This document shows positions 55,857 to 64,000 of a DNA stretch of 64,000 nucleotides, piece by piece (positions within the stretch are counted from its first letter, which is position 1; each line of letters begins with the position of its first letter). The notes beneath the pieces are model-generated. The model had not been told where the DNA came from, ran no database searches, and saw only the letters and a list, made by a program, of their open reading frames with translations. This DNA comes from Diplonema japonicum. Taxonomy: Eukaryota; Protista; Euglenozoa: Diplonemea. The DNA is taken from positions 1 through 64,000 of the forward strand of contig OZ025734.1 of NCBI GenBank assembly GCA_964019335.1, read 5' to 3'. The position numbers and the translations under genes were made by a program.

Positions 55857-56603
55857 TCACCTCTTCCTCTCGTAAAGCCATCTGAATGTTTTTTTCTTGC
55901 TGTTGGGGTCCGAGGTGAGAACGCGTTTGCCCTTCTCGAGCAGTTTTTGCCGGTCGTCGATCACGTGGAGGAGTCCGTCAAGCTTCTGCTTTCTCTTGAC
56001 GCGTTCGGAGAGGTTGTGGTACTGCACAGCTTGGCGTTTAGCGGTCTCGGGGTCAAGGGAGGGGAGTTCTTCACTACGAAGTTTTGAGATCCTCCCACGC
56101 GAGGAGGGGTTGTCGAGAAGCTCAGGGGCAGTATCAAAATAGGTGGCGGCATTGAAATTTTCTGCCTCGTCTTCTTCTATGAAGATCTGATGGGTGTTCA
56201 TAGCTGGGAGGCCCATGAAACTTAGCTGTGACTTCATCTGCTTGGCAACACCACCGTCCTCTGCCGCTTTGTGTCGTAGGTATCTGCTATTCCTTGCATT
56301 GTCGAGTGCCTGTTGCGGGCCCTTCTTCGCCTTCACTATCTTCATGTGTCTCCCGTGCTCGTCTGTTTCTGTATTGAGCATAGCGGTGTGGAACTCGTCG
56401 GGGTTGCGGGTGTTTGCTGCTTCTCGCATTGCGGCCAATTTGGTTTTTTTGTTCTTGTAGCTTTTCGCTCTCTTTTTGTAGTCCTGCTTCTTCTCCAGAA
56501 AACCGAATCTCTGCCTCAGCTTCGTTTGCCCTCTCTCCCCGTAGTCCCTTCCCCTAAACGCCTTCTTCAGGGCCGTCGCGCCGGTTCCCTTGCCCTTTGT
56601 CAT
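55857..56603 (-). CDS. UTP11: U3 snoRNA-associated protein 11 (SSU processome)
   Basis: ERGQ...RFGFLEKKQDYKKRA, RNPDEFHTAM, YFDTAPELL, FRWLYERKR. Confidence 0.93.
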   Translation of the reverse strand: MTKGKGTGATALKKAFRGRDYGERGQTKLRQRFGFLEKKQDYKKRAKSYKNKKTKLAAMREAANTRNPDEFHTAMLNTETDEHGRHMKIVKAKKGPQQALDNARNSRYLRHKAAEDGGVAKQMKSQLSFMGLPAMNTHQIFIEEDEAENFNAATYFDTAPELLDNPSSRGRISKLRSEELPSLDPETAKRQAVQYHNLSERVKRKQKLDGLLHVIDDRQKLLEKGKRVLTSDPNSKKKTFRWLYERKR

Positions 56604-56969
56604 TTTTTATATTATTTTATTTTTTTTTTGAAGTGTGTGTGTTCCTTTTTTTTTTTTTAACACCGATGGGGAAAGGGGGAAAAAAAAATAGATTTTATGA
56701 TGTTTTTTTTTTGTTGTTGTTGGTACTATTACATTTCAATGCAATGTGTTAGGAAAGGGGGGGGGGGGGGGTGGACAAACCAAATTTCTTTTTTTTTTTT
56801 AAAGCACAGCCTCCGGCTTTTGTTTCTTTTTTTCTTTTTCTTTCCCCCCTCCCCCTTCCTTTCCCCGTTTCTTTTTATAAGGGGAGAGAAACAACGAGAA
56901 AAAAAAAGAAAAATAAAACACTGTTCCCTCCCTCCCCCTCCCTCCTCCTGCGACCCTTCTCCTCCGTTG

Positions 56970-57870
56970 TTATTCGTCACCCTCGTCCTTCGCAACAGGT
57001 GGGAGCTTGATGAGCATCATGGATATTCCTAATTAAAAAATAAAAATAAAAATAAAAAAACACACCAGTAACATTCTCCCCCAGAGAAGTGAATTCACTC
57101 ACGAAACCAATGTCAAAGTCACACTGCGTGTTTTTTTTTTTTTTTTTACCCCCATCAAAAAAATTACCTCTTCGTCTTGTTTGCAGTAATTGCGGGCAAA
57201 GCCGACACCAAGAGCACTGTTCTCGACGGCTTCTGCGCCCACCCCGCGAATAGTCACGTTGCGGTTGCTGGCCATATTTTGCTGCAAAAAAAAAAAAAAA
57301 AGTTTTTTTTTTTTTTTACCCCCGACCCTCCGTTTTCCATACTTTAATTGCCGCAGCCAAGTTCCTCGGCAGCGTCCTAGCTGCCACGGTCAGTATCCTC
57401 TCGTCCTCACGCTCCTGCACCTCAATGATGTCCTCGTTGTTGTAGAGCAAGATGTGCGCGCCCAGCTTAGGGAGTGTCTGGGTGGTCCGTTCGTAGGAGA
57501 CCACACGTGCGTTTTCGATTCTAACAATGAGCCCTTTGCTGTCACGAGAGAGGAAGGTGCGGCACACAGCTGTTGCCTTGATGGCCTGGTTGACGGCACG
57601 GGGTCCGATTGCTCGCATGCCTGCGCTGTCGAAATCCCGCAGAGCGTGGGCGCATGCCCCCGCTAGCTTGTTCACGCTGCTGCCCCCACCCACAAAGAAA
57701 TCGTTCGTGTTCATCTTCGTCCTTTCGCCGTCTTCCGTGCGCGTCACCTCACCCCTGCCTGTGCTGCCCGCCTCCGTGCAGTACATCCTTGTCTCAGGCT
57801 TCCACGTCATCCCTGGTGCCCTCACCCCCCGCAAGGCAAACCCTGCCGCGCTCGCGATGCATCTGCGCAT
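56970..57870 (-). CDS. Tandem SpoVS (Alba-like fold) protein with mitochondrial-type presequence, 3 introns
   Basis: MRRCIASAAGFALRG..RMYCT presequence; unit 1 VGGGSSVNKLAGACAHALR..AGMRAIGPRAVNQAIKATAVCRTFL; unit 2 LTVAARTLPRNLAAAIK|QNM..TIRGVGAEAVENSALGVGFARNY..FTSLGENVTG|ISMML; introns 57282-57342, 57124-57167, 57029-57065. Confidence 0.78.
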
Positions 57871-58057
57871 TATTTCTTTTTTTTTTTTCCCTTTTTCTTT
57901 TTTTTTTTTTCCTCCCCCTCCCTTTGATTTCTTTTTAGTTTCGAAAGCAAAAAGAATTTAAAAAAAAAAAAAAAACATATGGTCAGAAAAAAAAAAAAAA
58001 AAAAAAACCTAATACTAATAACAACGAAAAAAACAAAAATCTATTTTTTTTTTTTTT

Positions 58058-58384
58058 TTATGTCATTTCAAGCCCTTCGTCGTTGGTCCCCCTGCTTCCG
58101 GTGTCCCCAGCTTCTACAGAGGCCCGGATGCCACGGTGGTCTCGGTACTCGAAAATGCAAAACGCCACCACGATGAGGCAGGAGAGGAAGAGGATGGACC
58201 CTGAAATGGCGAGCATGGCGGCGACCCAGCTCTCCATTGTGCTGCCAGAGGAACAGTCGGCTGGCTTCCCCACAGCATTGCCTGAGGAGCCGATACAGGA
58301 ACAGATAAAGTCCAGAGAAATGCTTGAATTTTGATCGACACAAGCCTGTCCACCCCCACAAGGCTTAGCAGCACATTCATCCAT
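58058..58384 (-). CDS. Small EGF-like (Ca-binding type) single-TM protein; may lack a 5' exon
   Basis: DECAAKPCGGGQACVD...FICSC...C then TM WVAAMLAISGSILFLSCLIVVAFCIF; no signal peptide seen. Confidence 0.55.
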   Translation of the reverse strand: MDECAAKPCGGGQACVDQNSSISLDFICSCIGSSGNAVGKPADCSSGSTMESWVAAMLAISGSILFLSCLIVVAFCIFEYRDHRGIRASVEAGDTGSRGTNDEGLEMT

Positions 58385-58722
58385 AGCACTTGAGGGCTAG
58401 TTTCGCATGTGTGGTATTTTTTTTTTTTTTTCCTCTCTCTCAAAAAAACTATTTATTTTCCCTTAGATAAGCGGTGAGGCAGCTACAGCACCAAAGCACA
58501 CAGCGAATGTTAAATAAGAAGAAAAAAAACCACATTTAGTTTCTTTTTTTTTCTTTTCCTTCTTTTTTTGGGAATGAGGGGGGGGGGGGGGGGGAGGCTT
58601 AAGAAAGCTCTATGGGAATGGGCGGGACCCCCCCCCCTTTTTTCTTCTTTTTTTTGAATCCAAAAAAAAAAGAAAGAGAAAGATTAAGACTGTGACGGTC
58701 CCCGAAAAAGACAGAAGAAAAA

Positions 58723-58764
<42 letters not shown>

Positions 58765-58879
58765 AGAAAACAAAGGGCATGGCACCTCAAAGGAGCTTTC
58801 TTTTTTTTTTTTTTTCTTAACAAAACAAAAAAGAAAAAAAAAAAGATTTAAGAAAATCGGTAAGACAGGGAAGAAAGAA

Positions 58880-58911
<32 letters not shown>

Positions 58912-59327
58912 CACTTCAGAAAAAAAAAAGGACTATAAAAAAACAAGAAAAATCCACCGCGCCCATATCCCTTCCCCCTCTTTTTTTTTTTTTTTTTAAA
59001 CGGCTCCTAAACGGTTCTAGGTTTACAGAGGTACAACAAAAAAAAAAAAAAAAAAAAAAAAGTAGGACAGGGCTGTACAATAGTGGGTTATGGCTGGGGG
59101 GAAAAAAAAAAAGCAGAGGCGAAGGGGCGGGCGGGGAGCTTTTCTTCTTCTTTTTTTTTGATATACGCCTTTGCAATTTCTCTTTTCCTCTTCCTTTCTC
59201 GTTTCTGCTACATTACATAAATATTCAGACTTTCTCTTTGAGATAACCCCCCCCCCCCCCCCCCAGAATGCTCTCTCAGGGCTTAAAAGCCCCAAACCTT
59301 CCTGCCAAAAAAAAAAAAAAGAATCCC

Positions 59328-62300
59328 TCACTCCATGCCTTCATCAGCCCCTCTCGACTGCATTACGTCCCGCGCTTTAGGCTGGGGGACAATCCCGGGG
59401 ATTTGCTGCCTGTTCTCCAGCTGTTGCTGCTTTGCTGCTTTGTCAGCGTGAACTTGATCATCGTAAAGGTCCGTATTATCTTGGGCAGAGAACTCGTGAA
59501 GTTCGACCTTTTTTTTTTTTTTTAATTTAAAAAAACCCATACCAAGAAATCTCTCATGTGATCCTTGAACGCCTTCTCATCCGCCACTTTGCTGAACAAA
59601 CCTTCCACAAAATTGTGAATCTAGCGTGCGTTTTTTTTTTTTTTTTTTTTTAAATTCTTTTTAATACCTGCTGTTGGTTCATTGTTCGGAAAACGGCCAG
59701 CTGGCTGGCAAGGTGCATTTTAAAATACTGGTCAGCCCTGCTTCCCGCCTGCTGGTCTGCGGCGATGGGGCGCTGCACGTCGCTCATCTTGACCGACACA
59801 TTAATGAGATGCTGGAGGAGCTTGCAATGGTACTTGAAGCCAGTCTTGTGCATCGTGTCAGTGACGACATTGAAAACTGCATGAACCAAGTTGATGAAGT
59901 ATACCTGTACGTGGGTGAGGGAAAAAAAAAAAAAAAAAAAACCTGGAAGAAGTCCAGCACTATGGGCGAGTTAGCTATGCTGACCAAGAAGTCGTAAAGC
60001 ATCTCAAGCCCTATGTGCTCGATCTTCGCGTCGCTGTGTTTGATGGCAGAGATGACGGCGTCCATGATGGTTGGGGAGACCTTTTATTTATTTATTTATT
60101 TTTTTATTTTTTTGACAACAACACACACCTGCAACGCCTGCAAAAACGTGTTGAAACAATGCTTGTTCAACATCTGAAGCAGCTTGAAGAAATTCAACCG
60201 GTGCTCGGGGTAGTCTTGAGGGTTCTTGTTGCACATCTCAAGCGTCACGTTCAGCGTGGCATCCAAGATCTTCGGCACGTGAACTTCGATGTTGTTGGTA
60301 AGCTTGACGACAAGCGCCCCCATCAAGGAAAGAACCTGAGGGTCCCTCGCCTGCTCCACAGACTTGTTATAGTCCGTTAGAACAGTGTCAAGGAGAGGAG
60401 GGAGGATGGTCGATGTTATCACACTGACCTCTGAGGAACGCTTGATGTACTCCTCTATGAGGAGGATTGATTCTTTTTTGATGATGCGCATGCACTTCAC
60501 ATGGGTGTGTCTTGTCACCATCGGTCCCTTGCTCGCGACCTCCTGGCTGATGAGCTGGGAGTACATTGCGTAAAGAGACATGACTTCGTTGAAGACAAGG
60601 AATACTTGCTCACGGTAGCCTTCACCTACAGAGACCGCTCCGCACACATATGTTTTCAAGACGTGGGCTATGTCCTGCATGAAGGACACATTGGCAAGGA
60701 TGCTGGAGTCGCGGCTTATGTGAGCGATGACCTCTTTCCATTTTGTGTTGGGACCGCTCATAAATTTTTGAACAAGCTCTGCTTGAACGTAGCTCGGGGC
60801 TTCGCTGATCATGAGCCCGGTGGCTTCGTAGAAAATGTGGGTTTGTTTCCTTCCTAGCATCCGGGTGTGCGTTTCGAGTTCTTCGAGCACCTGCTGAACG
60901 AATGTAGACTTTTCGTTGGGGTGGACCTTCACGAATTCCTCCTTGCACGAGTGGGTCATTTTCAGGAAGGTTTCCACCGCCATGTCCTGCACTCCCTCGA
61001 ACGTTTCCTGCATGAACGAGAACAGCTTCAAGATAACCGTTTTCAAAAACTTCCAGTGTTGTTTTAAAAACCTCGGGTACTGCCCGACCACGTACATTAT
61101 GTCAGAGGCGATGCTTGCTTTGTACGCCCGACCGTGCATTTGCTCACACATAGTGAGGAGGTCCTTTATGACGGTTACTAAAAATCGGTTTTCGTCGTCT
61201 TTCTTCATTGCGCCTGATATGCTGCCGATTGCCCAGGAGAGGGTCGCGAGCTCAGATGGGCTGAAGGCGGCACCACCGGAACTTGTTTCGTGGATGTGTT
61301 GAATTTTGGAAACCATGATGGTCTCCGTGTCGCCGCAATCAAGATGCGTCAAGAAGACAAGCGCCTCTCTCATTGTGGTGTACAGGGCAATGGCGTCTAC
61401 ATCCTTCATCACCTCTTTGATGATCTCACCGTTCTCATCTTCAAATACGATTACCTCTTCGGGCCGCGCCATGTTTCGGATTAACACCTTCCGCGCTTCG
61501 CTGAAAATGTTTGAATACAAATCTATTTTACCCGCCGCGCCAGGCGCGAATGTGTACCCCCAGTTGTCCCATTTTGGCTTGGCGAATGTGAACACGTTTT
61601 CAGACACCCAACACCAGTATTCAACACATGTTTTAAAGACCTCTTTGTCGTCAATACATGTTATGCCCAAAATGTATTTGTGAGCTGTTTGGAAAAGCGA
61701 GCGGACGTTTGCATCGGTACAACCAGCGTCCTCTACAATTGAGATGTTCTGCTTGAAGAACGATATCAGAAACTGGCAGACGTTCTGGACAAACTCTTGG
61801 TTCTTCTCTGAAGGGGCCTGGTAGTACGCCACCACGACCTGGTCATAGCTCAACGCGGGGGGCATCGGGACCAACTGTTGAAGACGCTCGATAAAACTAC
61901 AAAAAAGCATAAGATTGCGCTCCTTATATTTCGGTGTACCCGGGTCGTTGGGGTCGAGCATGAGCGACCCAATTTCCGTCAAACATTTACAAGCAGGGTT
62001 TCTAGTCACCCCTGCTGGTAAGAATTTCCCGACGAGGAGGTCGATCAGGTCTGTTTCGAAAATATAACCCAACGGTATCCAGCTGAGGCAGGCTAGGAGA
62101 CATTGCAACGCCTCGCATATCAGTTGTACCTCTTGTTTGCATGATAGGACATACTTTATCATATCGAAGACGGTGCTGAACTCGTTGTTGAGCGCTTGCT
62201 TGCGAACGGCGATGTGCTCTTTGGTCATCTTACCCTCGCTGAAATCGAAGATCTCTTCGCTTAACTGTCGAATGATCGCGAGGTTGTTCTGCATGAGAAC

Positions 62301-62777
62301 GTCGCTTGTTCTCGCCGACGAGACGATTTCTTGAATGAAGGTAGGCCATTTCGCAGGCCAGTCCTTTTTCAGGATCTGCACGAGCGTGTTGTTCATTTTT
62401 TCAAGAAGCATCCGGTTTGCAACCAGTTTTTCCGGTGTCCCGCTCATGTCCATGATCATGTTAATGATGAAGTTGCGGACGCCTAGCCGCTGCTCCTCCG
62501 CCAGGATGTTCCACCGTTTTGATATTACGTCGTCGACGGTCTGCAGGGAGATGAACTTCGCTGGGGTTAGTTTTGAATTCTGTAAAATTGTGCTCGCCTG
62601 CGACCAGGCTTCACTGCTTGTCTTGTACTCCTCCAACACCCGCATGGCGCCTTGGTGCAATGGTGTTCCTGCGTGCTCCCCACTGTACACAACATCCACC
62701 ACCCTGTCAAACAGGGTCACATCGATAGGTGCTGTAAAGTTCAGCACCCCCCTCATCTGCTGTATTTGAGCGTCCAT
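59328..62777 (-). CDS. XPO1: Exportin-1 (CRM1), 4 introns
   Basis: LVQILKKDWP.KWPTFI, LSEEIFDFS, LSWIPLGYIFET, MARPEEV, WAIGSISGAM, IMYVVGQYPRFLK.HWKFLKTV, GVQDMA, YPEHRLNFF; introns 60081-60128, 59905-59942, 59621-59667, 59508-59542. Confidence 0.95.
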
Positions 62778-62906
62778 TTTTTTTTCCTCTTTGAGGGGGG
62801 GGGGGGGGTTTTCTCTCTCTTTTTACTTTCTTTTTTAAAAAAAAAGGGGGGGGGAAAAAAATCTATGCATTTCTTTTCTAATTCTATCTTTTTTTTTTTT
62901 AAAAAT

Positions 62907-64000
62907 TTATTCGTCCCAATCCATGAACGCCAGCCTCTCCAACAGGTCTTCTACGGCAGATCCGTAGAACTCAACCGTTCGCTGCATATCGGGGCTTGCC
63001 TTGTTTTTTTGAACGGAGGCCGTGGCTTGAAGCAGTTTGATGAACGGCGCGAGGTACCCCGGACAACCCCCGAAAACAGAAACAGGGTATTCCTTACCAT
63101 TGCAACGCAAAAGCGAGGGGAGAGAAGGGTAGCGCAGAGAAAGAACGGAGGCAGGGATGAAATTCTGAACCGGGACCAAAACAGAATGCGGGAGTAGCGT
63201 TGCTGAATGAGACGAACTCGAAGCAAGGCAAATAGAAGTCCCCGGCTTACAAAGCACAGTACACATCGAAGAAAGAAACGTTGCATCTAACGGAACGGTG
63301 CCAGACCGTCCTGTCCCATCTGTGGCAAATGGTGTACCCGCTGTTTCTACGGAATCAAATAACCAAAATATCTTGTCAAACCCGAAACTCTCCTTAAATA
63401 TCCACGGTAGAGTCAACACCTCTGTGATAAAATCTCCATAACGATTTTCCTCAAATGCCGATCGCAACACCTTCGCGCTCAGCAGCCACGTCTCACATTT
63501 CTCAGATATTTCCGCGGGCAGCGATCCGTTTTTTCTATTCGTCACAATCTTCTTGAAAAACGACGATATTTGCAGGCTCCATTTCCTCAAAACTGGTCGA
63601 TGCGATATGAGGACATCCACGAAATGTTGCACAAGACAGCAATACACCACTCCTAGATCAAGCGAGTTGGTAGCAAGGTAAAGATCCCAGTTCACAGGAA
63701 CGACAAGGGTTGTCCTCCATGTTACGCTGTTTGCCAGCCCCGGGAGAAGAACATGCTTTGCATATAAATACATAATCGTCGATTTTCCTGAATCTTTGGG
63801 ACCTTTAATTACGATCCGCGTGCTTGGGGTCTGAGGGGTTAAGTCGTGCAGCCGGTTCACCATATCGGTTTTTAAAAGAAGATCGGAATCGGTTACGTAG
63901 AGTGATAAAAACTGCTGTTGTGAAATAAGGTCAGTTAAGGCTGTGAGGTGGCTTTGTTTTTCGAGGTTTTCGAGATTTCGATATTTTTTTGCGATGGATG
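62907..64000 (-). CDS. Hypothetical protein with P-loop-like motif, 5'-partial (frame open to the window end)
   Basis: IVIKGPKDSGKST Walker-A-like, FWLFD Walker-B-like, FGGCPG; no in-frame stop between 63863 and 64000. Confidence 0.65.
   Translation of the reverse strand, partial: SIAKKYRNLENLEKQSHLTALTDLISQQQFLSLYVTDSDLLLKTDMVNRLHDLTPQTPSTRIVIKGPKDSGKSTIMYLYAKHVLLPGLANSVTWRTTLVVPVNWDLYLATNSLDLGVVYCCLVQHFVDVLISHRPVLRKWSLQISSFFKKIVTNRKNGSLPAEISEKCETWLLSAKVLRSAFEENRYGDFITEVLTLPWIFKESFGFDKIFWLFDSVETAGTPFATDGTGRSGTVPLDATFLSSMCTVLCKPGTSICLASSSSHSATLLPHSVLVPVQNFIPASVLSLRYPSLPSLLRCNGKEYPVSVFGGCPGYLAPFIKLLQATASVQKNKASPDMQRTVEFYGSAVEDLLERLAFMDWDE

Overview
Eukaryotic, gene-dense window, most plausibly from a euglenozoan protist (diplonemid-like; this is inference from architecture and gene content). 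It opens with an ~800-bp G-rich tandem array ((GGGTTTGC)n/(GGGTTTTGC)n). About 40 protein genes follow, all on the minus strand, forming a directional (polycistronic-type) cluster with spacers as short as 43-46 nt and an AG acceptor just upstream of many start codons. Unlike trypanosomatids, these genes carry many (~45 read by eye) ultra-short GT-AG cis-introns of 31-71 nt, several in-frame and stop-free, so the ORF track splits or mis-extends many genes and misses at least one microprotein. Recognisable genes include RRP41, PEX14, FIP1, GnT-I, DAG kinase, TenA, an S10 carboxypeptidase, ODA-DC2, SmB, PUS1, PUS7, a MED20-like protein, a PX-PH AGC kinase, MCM9, a DUF179 protein, UTP11 and XPO1. 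The most unusual items are a single-chain triple family-I pyrophosphatase with two degenerate domains, a mitochondrion-targeted tandem SpoVS protein, two SAM proteins carrying isolated dynein-like modules, a membrane-anchored TenA, a hidden acylated zinc-finger microprotein, and a telomere-like array in the wrong polarity for a telomere. All assignments are by eye from motifs; no searches were run.
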